A stretch of DNA of 64,000 bases from Nemertoderma westbladi. Its lineage: Eukaryota; Animalia; Xenacoelomorpha. Under the pieces are notes generated by a model. The model had not been told where the DNA came from and did no database searches. It saw only the letters and a program-made list of their open reading frames with translations. Numbering within the stretch: the first letter of the stretch is position 1; every line of letters begins with the position of its first letter. Below are positions 49,201 to 58,365 of this stretch, in pieces. The position numbers and the translations under genes are program-made. Location of the stretch: the NCBI GenBank assembly GCA_032718475.1, contig JAUCBJ010001029.1, positions 6,208 to 70,207 of the forward strand. The letters run 5' to 3'.

Positions 49201-51695
49201 TCGCCCGATCTATAAACCAGGATGACGGATTTTATGCTGAACGAACAATAATGGGATGGACACTCTGCGGCATTAAGGAGGAAACCACGGACACCTATAC
49301 CTACCTTCCCAAATGTCAGATTAAAGAGAATGTAACCTCCGTGGGTTACTGCTCAGCTTCGGATCTCGACGAGGATTTGTTTCTGGAAACCGAGAAAACC
49401 CAACGAGAGATGACAAAATATTTTAATTTGGAGACCCAGGAGTTCGCGGAAAAGGACGAAAATCCATCCGAAGAGGACCAATATTGTATGGACGTTCTCG
49501 ACCAGGCCACGTTTAAAGACGGACACTGGAGTTCACCTATGTTATGGAAGGACCCAAACAAACCAATGGCAAACAACGCCAGCATGGCACTTAGGCGACT
49601 TAAAGGGATTCTACGCCGGTTGAATGACCAACCCGAGATAAAGGAGAAGTATAACACCGTAATCCAAGGATATCTCGATGATGGATTAGCAGAAATGGTA
49701 CCACGGAACGAACTGCAAGGTGGTAAAAGAACATATTATCTCCCGACCCACTATGTAGTAGAAGCCCGCAAAGGTGGGAAAATCCGAGTGGTAAATGATG
49801 CTGCCGCTATATACCAGGGCGAATCCCTAAACAGTCAACTTTATACGGGACCCAACATATATAGCACACTCATCGGCGTATTGATCAGGTTCAGGGAAAA
49901 CCGGGTAGCATTCACCTGTGACATCAAGGCCATGTTTCATCAAGTTCGTACATTACCAAGAGACTCGGACTGTCTACGTATCCTATGGACGGATAAAACG
50001 CTCACTCAACAGGAGATTAGCCAACTCACGATAAAGGACGTAGACATAATGCGTATGGTCGTCAGGATCTTCGGCGCTAAGGACTCGCCGGTAGCATGCA
50101 GTGACATGCTAAAGAGGACGGCAACCATGTGCGAAAACGAGTTCCCTCCAACCGTCATAGAAACCATTCGACGATGCTTCTACGCGGACGACGGATGCGC
50201 TGGCGCGGATAATGTAGATGAGGCGTATCAGCTAGCAATGGGGATGGTAGAATGTCTAAAGAAAGGAGGGTTCCCACTCGTGAAGTTCAGATCCCACGAC
50301 AAAACACTTATGGAGAAGTTTCCGGAGGACATCCGGCTGGAAAATAACAAGATGTATTCGGAGGATGTGGAACATCGTGTACTCGGGATTGAATGGGACA
50401 TAGAATCAGATGAATTCATCTTCAAATATAAACCCCTACCCAAGCCTATGACAAAAAGGGGATGTTTGTCGATAAAAAGTGCAATCTTCGACCCACTAAA
50501 TTTCATATCTCCAGTAACCTTGGCCGGAATGAACCTGATTAAGGAAATGTGGATAGAAGGACTGGGATGGGACGAAGAGCTTCCCCCATACCTTAGCGTC
50601 AAATGGAGAAAATGGACGGAGCAACTCGAACATCTACATCTTATGCGGATACCTAGACCGTTCTTCCTCGATAAACTGCCCACCGATATCTTCCAGCTCC
50701 ACACCTTTTCGGATGCTTCAAATACCGGAATCGGCGTAGTAACCTTCTTACGGAGACTAAGTAGCGATGGAAACGGCGATACAAGCTTCTTATTCTCCAA
50801 AGCAAAGACGGTATCCGGGGAATTCGTAGCAACGATTCCGAGACTCGAGCTACAAGCTGCAGTTTGGGCAGTAAGACAGAATCGCATGGCCATGCGGAAC
50901 CTACGGATCCCCATAGAATCTCAACACTTCTGGGTAGATTCGAGTATAGTTCTCTATTATCTCCACTCTCCATCACGGCGTCACACCACGTTTGTTGCAA
51001 ACCGAGCCACAGAGATTAAACAGTGTACCGGCCGAGAACAGTGGCATCACGTAAACGGGAAGGAAAACCCAGCGGACTTATCAAGCCAAGGCGCCACCCC
51101 AAAACAACTCGGTAAAAGTAAACTCTGGCTTACAGGCCCGGAATTCCTACGGCAGCCACAGTTAACATGGAGTACCCGATTCGACCCCGAACTCGATAGC
51201 GGAAAATACTCCGAGGACGATAAAGAGATTCGTAAAATCCATCGAAGCAACGCGGTGGAAATTTATAGTTGCCTGACTGAGCCTGCAAAGGACTCGGGCA
51301 GGCACTATAATGTCGCGACGATCACTCAACTAGCGACGTCTTTACATCGGTTGATCGAGCGAACTTCATCCATGAGACGGCTCGTCCACCACGTTATAAC
51401 CCTTCGCAACTTCCTACGGTGGAAAAACAACAAACCGATAGTTCAACGGAATATACAAGAACTCATTATCGCGGAGAAGTGTATTGTTAGATATGTCCAG
51501 AAAGAAAGTTTCCCCGATGAATGGGAACAACTTAGTGCGGGCAAAACGTTGAAACCGGACAGCCCAGTCTACCAACTAAGACCAATGATGGGAGAGGACG
51601 GACTGATCCGACTGAATACCCGGATGGCAAACGCCCCGGTCGAATATGAGGTTAAATACCCGGCGCTTCTGCCCGCTTCTAGCTTCTTCTTCTAG
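46209..51695 (+). CDS. BEL/Pao gag-pol polyprotein (gag with 3 zinc knuckles, protease, RT, RNase H), terminating before the integrase
   Basis: FEGDPVDY..F...F (DUF1759-like); CLFCGEKH, CFRCLGTGH, CAVCNDQCHHTLLH; FLDNGS protease; YYLPTH..KIRVVNDAA, DIKAMFHQV, FYADD RT; LHTFSDAS, TIPRLELQAA, WVDS, NPADLSSQG RNase H. Confidence 0.96.
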   Translation: MTTNNVSDTDEMDHNTDSEADEVPNVKNMTRRLGALKGGVTRAYQRMEKQLKGVKTPLNEVQTQLQSIRNILQRYERMIQAYQELVPPTDLENYPKLEEHVVHLDGFRKQHRRTLSLVRGYEEQYYKRAERTDAESVRSSSIRTGVHRKRMGSTRNQHSSARSEISGSARSSQGAPPLRDQLRERKALALKARMEDEYIQLQAEQDVLAAETQRREAEQAAERQAEQREQEAEQRRREAEQRKHEDERQAEQRKHEAEQRKQEAEQRGREAEREIEQRKWEAEMRKQHAEAQAILIHKKNADIAKLAEYEAALIERDIQLYEDWERDIDQEYEPIPVPELEKSFIPTAAKLPKPEIPPTKQSTLSAQAPVFHPPPATLKNEEPYFPSNTTTASVPKYEPEKDSERDATPRSNNPFTSTPLTRSRVIIKTPPIIDPSSMGVSANNYNPPSHSSSDDVSIIRALENRLAMPKMEIRTFEGDPVDYLRFKKRFFAQIGSTDIADAQKLVYLSQYLGDKPRRIVACFEGGSHEAYYDAWKTLDKRYGNTGTIINKTLERLIQDAGSLGDPQNIQEFSDSMKDAYYTLKPLNKEDQVNNILNLRQIARKFPGWLQSKWAYKCVDLWRRHPDRDPSFLEMSAFLDDISEAMNDSMFSKQSLAKLDGIESNSRSKITPPKPRFRPPPVSTMAITMAEDSDDEDYEEPTSAEEWACYLASWAPEREGITNSLLCLFCGEKHKVEFCRKFQFAELVPRFEAIMKHRGCFRCLGTGHYVRDCDQRSCCAVCNDQCHHTLLHIPANFDFTTLPFRIEARRRGETNHVFKGTRTTQRRETNPFKISTDTPQVTNISATINLINRRYMVFAKVIPVRIQGVGKSLTTLAFLDNGSDGTIIDRDFLEQLGLEYEPCKRPIQTITDNREVESGEVQLQMEGVMKGYETAKLTIKNALVHTDLRVRFRQSAEYAPLIQLDRDDVDLRCPQLDVNRITLLIGLDTPELQIPTGDIARSINQDDGFYAERTIMGWTLCGIKEETTDTYTYLPKCQIKENVTSVGYCSASDLDEDLFLETEKTQREMTKYFNLETQEFAEKDENPSEEDQYCMDVLDQATFKDGHWSSPMLWKDPNKPMANNASMALRRLKGILRRLNDQPEIKEKYNTVIQGYLDDGLAEMVPRNELQGGKRTYYLPTHYVVEARKGGKIRVVNDAAAIYQGESLNSQLYTGPNIYSTLIGVLIRFRENRVAFTCDIKAMFHQVRTLPRDSDCLRILWTDKTLTQQEISQLTIKDVDIMRMVVRIFGAKDSPVACSDMLKRTATMCENEFPPTVIETIRRCFYADDGCAGADNVDEAYQLAMGMVECLKKGGFPLVKFRSHDKTLMEKFPEDIRLENNKMYSEDVEHRVLGIEWDIESDEFIFKYKPLPKPMTKRGCLSIKSAIFDPLNFISPVTLAGMNLIKEMWIEGLGWDEELPPYLSVKWRKWTEQLEHLHLMRIPRPFFLDKLPTDIFQLHTFSDASNTGIGVVTFLRRLSSDGNGDTSFLFSKAKTVSGEFVATIPRLELQAAVWAVRQNRMAMRNLRIPIESQHFWVDSSIVLYYLHSPSRRHTTFVANRATEIKQCTGREQWHHVNGKENPADLSSQGATPKQLGKSKLWLTGPEFLRQPQLTWSTRFDPELDSGKYSEDDKEIRKIHRSNAVEIYSCLTEPAKDSGRHYNVATITQLATSLHRLIERTSSMRRLVHHVITLRNFLRWKNNKPIVQRNIQELIIAEKCIVRYVQKESFPDEWEQLSAGKTLKPDSPVYQLRPMMGEDGLIRLNTRMANAPVEYEVKYPALLPASSFFF

Positions 51696-51715
51696 CGCCA
51701 CCAATCACTCAAAAG

Positions 51716-52738
51716 ATGGCCGACTTACCAGCCACCCATCTACAAGCGGATTCCCAGCCATTCTACGTCACCGGGGTGGACTGTTTCGGACCGTTCACGG
51801 TTATTGAACGACGATCCAACATCAAATGCTGGGGAGCCATCTTCACCTGCCTGAGGTCTAGGGCAATTTACCTAGATATCGTGGTAAATCTGACACAACA
51901 CGCATTCATCAACGCTCTGCGTCGGTTCGTGGCGAACAACGGGACATGCCGCCACATGTATTCCGATAATGGTACAAACTTTGTGGGAGGAGAAAGGGAA
52001 CTCAGAGAGGCGATCGAGGGATGGTTTACCGATAACACCGCATCCCAAGTCTGGAAGGAACACCAGATACAGTGGCACTTCCAGACCCCCTTAGCCCCCC
52101 ATACGAGCGGGGTATGGGAGAAACTGATCGACCTCGTGAAACGATCCATGCGCGTCGCTCTAGGCGATACCCGGGTAACCCATGACACCCTCCGCACAAC
52201 ATTCTGCGAGATCACGGCTACCCTGAACAACCGACCTATTGTCCCTATCCGCGACGACCCCACAGACCTGGAGCCCCTCACTCCTAACCACCTACTGGGG
52301 AGACCCAAAACCCACGTTCTCCCGGAAACCATGTTCCCGGATCCCAACGAGATCGCGAAGCATACAAACTGGAAAAAGGCCCAAGCGTTGGCAGCGCATT
52401 GGTGGAGAATTTGGGCCCAGGAATATCTCATAACCCTCCGGACCAGGAGAAAATGGAACAACACCTACCGGAACGTCGCAGTTGGCGACATGGTACTAGT
52501 TAAAGAAGATCTCAAAGACCGCGTTCACTGGCCTGTGGCGCGGGTCGTGACCATACACCCAAGTAAAGACGGACTTGCGAGGACTGTGACGATACGAACG
52601 GCAAAGGGCCACTACCAACGCCCTATCCAGAAGCTGTGCCTTCTTGAAGGCAATGATAGTGGTGACTCTACGAGAGGTGATAAGATCCCTACTCAAGATC
52701 CTGCTGTGGACATTGGTGACAATTACAAACCCGTGTAA
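51716..52738 (+). CDS. BEL/Pao integrase core and C-terminus, out of frame with pol and lacking the HHCC zinc finger
   Basis: MADLP..PF..TGVDCFGPF, SDNGTNFVG, GVWEKLI, NNRPI, LTPNHLL, WPVARV..DGLARTV..RPIQKL. Confidence 0.93.
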   Translation: MADLPATHLQADSQPFYVTGVDCFGPFTVIERRSNIKCWGAIFTCLRSRAIYLDIVVNLTQHAFINALRRFVANNGTCRHMYSDNGTNFVGGERELREAIEGWFTDNTASQVWKEHQIQWHFQTPLAPHTSGVWEKLIDLVKRSMRVALGDTRVTHDTLRTTFCEITATLNNRPIVPIRDDPTDLEPLTPNHLLGRPKTHVLPETMFPDPNEIAKHTNWKKAQALAAHWWRIWAQEYLITLRTRRKWNNTYRNVAVGDMVLVKEDLKDRVHWPVARVVTIHPSKDGLARTVTIRTAKGHYQRPIQKLCLLEGNDSGDSTRGDKIPTQDPAVDIGDNYKPV

Positions 52739-53016
52739 CCCTTCTCATCATGTTGACAAACTCCTTTAAACTGTGATTTATCGACAACGAGTTATGGACC
52801 CCCCTTAAACCAACTGTAACCACGCAATGGTATTTGTGTTTCCTCGTGTGTTATGTGGAGTCCAGCGTCACCCTGCAGATGTTTCGACTGACGCAGGGTC
52901 GTTTATGTATTGTTTACCCTGATTTTGGTCATCGGGACCAACGATATTGGATTATTGGAAATGGAAAAGATTTGAAGTGGAATTCATTGTATTCATCGCA
53001 GTATGTTATGTTGTCC

Positions 53017-53427
53017 GTTGCGTGCGCAGTTCGGGGCGTAGGCGGTGTAACGAGTCCAGCTGTAGATCCCGGATTGCCGCGCAACACCCCCTCTATCCCG
53101 TTATTCTGGTGGGTCCATGGTGCATCCACGTGACTTCGACGATAGAGGGTTTTATGTTTCTCAGTCGCGTTATTCTGGTGGGACCGTTACGTGGATTTTG
53201 GGGCGTAGGCGGTGTAACGAGTCCAGCTGTAGATCCCAGAATGTTGCGTAACCCCATCCCACATGACTTCGTCGACTGAGCTTTATGTTGTTGGGAGTGT
53301 TATTCTGGTGGGTCCCTGGTGCATCCACGTGACTTCACTCCTAGCGTCTTCATTGTCCGTTACGTGCGCAGTTTGGGGCGTAGGCGGTGTAACGAGTCCA
53401 GCTGTAGATCCCAGATTGCCGCGTAAC
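53017..53427 (+). ncRNA. Triplicated structured RNA module between the integrase and the extra ORF
   Basis: Invariant core GGGGCGTAGGCGGTGTAACGAGTCCAGCTGTAGATCCC closed by covarying stems at 53017-53085, 53186-53252 and 53359-53427. Confidence 0.6.
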
Positions 53428-53990
53428 ACCCCTTCCACGACAAAGATTAACCAAAGAAAATGATTGAATATAGTTGGAAATGATGAAAAGGATCAGACAA
53501 CTCTGCTATAAACCTGAATGATGATGCGTATGCTGATGAAAATGTAATGATGCGCACCCTGGTGTTGCGCTTATAACCAATGATGATAGCCGGGGGGCTA
53601 TAAACCCAATGATGATGTGGAAATAAATAAATGTGAAATAAATGGTGGAAATAAATGTGTTGAAATATATGTGGAAATAAATGAAATGAAATGAAATAAT
53701 AATGAAATGAAAAAAGACAAAAAAAAAGGTATAAAAGAGGTCAAAGAAAAGAATTGGAAAAAAAAAGGACAAAAAAGTCATAAAAAACTGGTTGGATATT
53801 ATGTATAGCTATAGTAACTGTAAATGCTGAATGTATTAGCAATAAGATGATAGATGCCTATATAGCAATGTTATTTTATAAACTGAATTAAATAAAAACT
53901 GAATTATTCTGCTATCGCTATATGCTATAGTTTCAGACTTTCTGGACTTATAATTAACTGAACTAATTTGTAACGGATATAATCGTAAAT

Positions 53991-56591
53991 ATGGACCCAA
54001 ATCGCCAAATTATCGGCGAATTACGTAACACGGTAGATCTACTGGAATATTCGCAACCCGGATCCCCTGACTTTGATACGAATTGGAGCACCCTACTAAA
54101 TGAGAATGTGCGAGTCATTAAATTCACCGGGCGAGAGGGACCGGATTCTAAGAATCTACGAGCCCTCCGGTTAGCCGATGCTAGTACGAGACTGAAAAGA
54201 ACTCGGAACGCAAAGGCAACCGGAGGGGACGATTCGTCGTTTTGGGAAACGTTCCGACAGAGCGTCTACAGATCCCGATGTTTGATCTACGACAACGAGG
54301 GAAACGCGACGCCCACCTCGAAAGCGATTACGTTGGCGAGATGTCAAAGTTTCGTCGACGACAAGAGTACGTACCTCGCCCACTGGGGAAACCTGTCGGA
54401 GTGTACGGCGACGCTTCGAGAGGAACGCATATCGATTATCCAAAACCGCGACGACTACCAGGAAAAGTACGGGGCGAAAGAATACGGTCGATCCTTAGTC
54501 GTCGTCCTCGGAACCCTGGACGGTTTGGTACTGGTGTGCCGAATATTCCCGACACCCAGACAGGAAGTGCAGGCAGCCGGAGCGATCTGGTTGCTGCCTC
54601 CGGAAATCCAAAAGATCCTCTTCGACTTCGACGTCATTAAAATCGGGTCGGATATCAAGGCGGACGTCCGGAACGACTACGCGAATGCTCCTACAGGAAG
54701 AAACCGACGAGACGACCTCAACGCCCTTAGCCATTGCATCGACACTCAAACGCTACTAGCCTGGTTACGATTCGCCGAGTTCATGCGAGGATTCCAAGAG
54801 GTGAGACCGACGAAATCCGGGATCGGCTACCTCGCTGTGCTCAACGGCGGTATCGACTTCAAACCCCAGAAATTCCGGGACTATAATAAAATATACGGTG
54901 GATACCCGGGATTGGAAATAAAGAGCGAGCGAGAGGGTCGATGGAAGGACGTTGATCGGAAATGGACGATACACCAAAGATGGGAGAATCCCGATCGACG
55001 GAACTACGTTTACGTCGTTATGGAATGCTACACCGTCGCTAAGTTTATCTGTAAAACTCTCGATAACCTTATTACGGCGGTCCCCCTTTCCTTCGTCGAC
55101 TACGACTGGAATGAGGTTATAAACCACGCGTTTAAAGCGGTCGAGAACATTACACCGGGAGAATCGAAAACGCCCGCCGTTATCGATTCCTGGGACGAGA
55201 GCGGACCTTACGACATCCCTACGATTACCGAACTTCTCGGTGCGGAGGAGCCTCTGATCTCCTCGGAAGGGGAAGAGATATGGCTAAACGAGGGTGTTCT
55301 ACTCTCCACCCCGAAGCGACAACTCGAGCCGGAGGCCGCGTACGGACCGGCCGCCAAACGGGTTGCCTCGGCCGAACCGATGAAGAGAGCAGGCGTCTAC
55401 ACCCCACGCGGCTCCGGTAGCCCCGCGAGAGAGGTAGCCACTACAGCCGCATTGAGCGACTTTGGCGACATATGCCAACGGTTATCCCCGTATCCTTTCC
55501 CGGGCGGCGAAGATTGGTCGTCGGAGATTCCGAGTACCAGCCAACAACGGACCCGCTCAGCGATACTGGTCGAGGAAGGCCCCAGCGATGCGCCGACACC
55601 CGACGATCTCCTCGGTATCCCTCCGTCGAAAACCCCGGCACCTCTTCGCCGACCAGCGGTAGCTACTACACCCGCCGTTCCTCAGGACCCTATGCGACTA
55701 ACCCGTTGGTACGCCGAGCAAACTGAATGGATCCACCGCCAGAAACGGTCATCCGAGTTGAGACCAGCGGGACACAAAGAGGGTTATCGAAGCGAGAACA
55801 TACTACGCAAAAGCCTAGCATTCCGCGGGCTACCGACCACCGAGAATATTCCGAAGAGCGACCGACTACTCGAATACTACGCCGGCGTCCCGATTCCGAT
55901 ATTCACCGGTCGAGAGATGCAGTTGGAGGTATGCGGCGACTGCGGTTCGGAGCAGTGCCCACGCAGCAGAAGGAATCGGGTTACCGATTCTTGCCTCCAG
56001 CTCCTCGGGATACTCTATTGCCCATACTGCGCGATATCGGGCCACGACGTTTCGGTCTGTCCGATCCTTTATAACCTCTGCACCACGTGCGGTTTCCGTG
56101 GACATTCCGCTAGCCCCCGCTGCTATATTAAATGTCCAACCAAGGACGTTACCGCTATGGGCAATATGGTCATGTTTGAGACATACGCAAACAGCCATTT
56201 AAAGACCAAGTTTCGGAGAAACGCTCGGAATATCGCGCAGGAGATGGCGTGCGGATATTTCTCCTTCCCGGAACGCCTCCACACGTCGGCCTCGCTACCC
56301 TTCCATTACGTGGATCTGCTACTGAGCGCCGGATTATTCGGTCCATTCGAAGTTATTAGACGATTATATTCGTATAAAGAGGAGTTCGGTGATGGAGAAT
56401 GGTTCCTAGAGGCACGCAACTCCGAGTTGCAAAGACGAACCGACATGATACCGTTGCCTTCGAAAGGAAGAGCCGCCAGGAGACAAGCCGAAGCGTTACT
56501 CACAATGGATGTTGACGCTCCTCTACCAGCCATAGCGATCGATGAGAGTCGACGGGCGAAGAGACGAAAAGCGTACCAGAAAAAGAAGTAA
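53991..56591 (+). CDS. Extra retrotransposon ORF (866 aa): degenerate DEDDy 3'-5' exonuclease-like domain, Pro/Ser-rich linker, Cys/His clusters, basic C-terminus
   Basis: LPPEIQKILFDFDVIKIGSDIKADV, CIDTQ, SGIGYLA, W......YVYVVMECY parallel WRN/EXD-family motifs; CGDC, CPYCAISGHDVSVC, CTTCGFRGH; intact 2.6-kb ORF inside the LTRs. Confidence 0.8.
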   Translation: MDPNRQIIGELRNTVDLLEYSQPGSPDFDTNWSTLLNENVRVIKFTGREGPDSKNLRALRLADASTRLKRTRNAKATGGDDSSFWETFRQSVYRSRCLIYDNEGNATPTSKAITLARCQSFVDDKSTYLAHWGNLSECTATLREERISIIQNRDDYQEKYGAKEYGRSLVVVLGTLDGLVLVCRIFPTPRQEVQAAGAIWLLPPEIQKILFDFDVIKIGSDIKADVRNDYANAPTGRNRRDDLNALSHCIDTQTLLAWLRFAEFMRGFQEVRPTKSGIGYLAVLNGGIDFKPQKFRDYNKIYGGYPGLEIKSEREGRWKDVDRKWTIHQRWENPDRRNYVYVVMECYTVAKFICKTLDNLITAVPLSFVDYDWNEVINHAFKAVENITPGESKTPAVIDSWDESGPYDIPTITELLGAEEPLISSEGEEIWLNEGVLLSTPKRQLEPEAAYGPAAKRVASAEPMKRAGVYTPRGSGSPAREVATTAALSDFGDICQRLSPYPFPGGEDWSSEIPSTSQQRTRSAILVEEGPSDAPTPDDLLGIPPSKTPAPLRRPAVATTPAVPQDPMRLTRWYAEQTEWIHRQKRSSELRPAGHKEGYRSENILRKSLAFRGLPTTENIPKSDRLLEYYAGVPIPIFTGREMQLEVCGDCGSEQCPRSRRNRVTDSCLQLLGILYCPYCAISGHDVSVCPILYNLCTTCGFRGHSASPRCYIKCPTKDVTAMGNMVMFETYANSHLKTKFRRNARNIAQEMACGYFSFPERLHTSASLPFHYVDLLLSAGLFGPFEVIRRLYSYKEEFGDGEWFLEARNSELQRRTDMIPLPSKGRAARRQAEALLTMDVDAPLPAIAIDESRRAKRRKAYQKKK

Positions 56592-56758
56592 TGGATTGGG
56601 ATATTCCAGGAACATTTATCGAACATTTATTTTTATACAAACTCTAGGCCAAATTAATTAAAAACTATGCAATATTAAATTTGGGATTTTTTATATTGGG
56701 AATGACCTACGCAAACTCAATCGACCGACAGACTTCACGAAGGTCATTGGGGGGGGAC

Positions 56759-58365
56759 TGTTCGCGGTATTTCAACTTTCCATAACGCGAGTTGAATATT
56801 TTTGTATTTATTTAAAATTGATTATTCCGATATTACTACTGGGTGCGGGATCATGGGTTTTGGGCACGTTCAATAAACTGGGGGCGATTTATGGGCGAAC
56901 TTTGGGGCAACTTACAGGGTACGGGAATAATTTCATAGTTATAAGGGCCAGGGGGGATGGAAAATGCAAGCAGTATTCAGGTTAGCCTGAGTACTATTAG
57001 GCCCTGGCCAACTTCCTGCTGCCTGTAGGGGTGGATTTGGTAATGCGCCAGGCCTAAAGGACAAGGACTGCCCTTAGCGGTCCCTGGCCAACGGCAGCTA
57101 CTACGAGACTGAAAAGAACTCGGAACGCTGACTGCTTGTGTCAGGGATTTGCGACGGGCACCGACGGCCCCTTAGTAGCCAAGCCGTTCTGGTTCTCGAT
57201 GATCGAACCCCGGGGTTCGTGAGGGGTGGAGCGGACACGCGAACAGGTGGCCAACTAACGACTGCCCCCTGACCTAAGCCGTACTGGTTCTCGATGACCG
57301 ATCCCTTCGGGGTTCGTGAGGGGTGGGACGGACATGCGAAAGGGCTGGCCACAGGACTGGTTTGACAAGGACTGCCCTTAGCGGTCTCGGGTCAACGGCA
57401 GCTACTACGAGCCTGAAAAGAACTCGGAACGCTGACTGCTTGACTGGGATTTGCGACGGGAACCGACGACAGACCCCTTAGCCAAGCCGTTCTGGTTCTC
57501 GATGATCGTTCCCTTCGGGGTTCGTGAGGGGTGGAACGGACACGCGATGGGGTCAAAAGACAAAGGACTAGACTCGACTAGACTCTACTGGCCTACCGAC
57601 TGTTCGGAGCAGTTTCTCGGCTGCCGAAGCGACTACGAGCCTGAAACGGACTCGGAAAGCCTAGGTGGTTGGGTTTCTGTGATGAACTGACGGACCCCTA
57701 GCCAAGCCGTTCTGGTTCTCGATGATCGAACCCTTCGGGGTTCGTGAGGGGTGGAACGGACACGCGAACGGGTCCACCGACACGACAGACTCCTAGCCAA
57801 GCCGTACTGGTTCTCGATGACCGAACCCTTCGGGGTTCGAGAGGGGTGGTACGGATACGCGACAGAGTCTACCGACTGGACCGACCCTTAGCCAAGCCGT
57901 GCTGGTTCTCGATGATCGTTCCCTTCGGGGTTCATGAGGGGTGGAACGGACACGCGACAGGGTCGACCGACACCGACACTACGGCACTAGGACTAGGACC
58001 GAGGGAAAATCTGGGGAACATTAGGTAGGCTAAAATTCTGAGCGAACAGCGGGTTATTAAATAATATACCGTAGGGATTTATATTATCGTGTATACTTAT
58101 TGTGAATATTTGGTGTATATTGATTTGGGGAAGCCCAAAATTATTCTTAATCAAGGTTCAATATTGTTGAACAAGGTTCAACAGAGTTCAGTTACATTAA
58201 AGAGTATATCCAACTAATGCAGCTTTTCTCAACCGCAAACTTGCATCTTAGAAAATATTCCCTCCCCACAATCAATATCCGGTGACTGGCCGGGGCTCGG
58301 TGGTCTGTTAAGTCACGTCTCCAGCATCGGCGTTTTTCCCCCCTGGTGTAGGAATAACGGCAACA
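56759..58365 (+). repeat. 3' LTR (with a second copy of the structured RNA array, about 57167-57967)
   Basis: Direct repeat of 44202-45808, preceded by the PPT. Confidence 0.97.

Larger units (their letters stand above)
44202..58365 (+). mobile_element. BEL/Pao LTR retrotransposon, 14,164 bp, recent insertion
   Basis: TG...CA LTRs of 1607 bp with only about 3 differences seen; 5-bp TSD CTATG (44197-44201 and 58366-58370); G-run PPT at 56749-56756; domain order gag-PR-RT-RH-IN. Confidence 0.97.

Noticed and set aside
53531-53545. CTGATGA followed by AAA as a hammerhead core
   Set aside because: No flanking helices; it lies in an A-rich low-complexity spacer.
53991-56591. Extra ORF as an envelope glycoprotein
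   Set aside because: No signal peptide, transmembrane anchor or fusion-protein pattern is visible; it has nuclease-like and Zn-knuckle motifs instead.
46570-56626. Short antisense and alternative-frame ORFs within the BEL/Pao coding regions and similar ones over the VPS16 exons
   Set aside because: Expected shadows of long GC-richer ORFs; no recognisable motifs.
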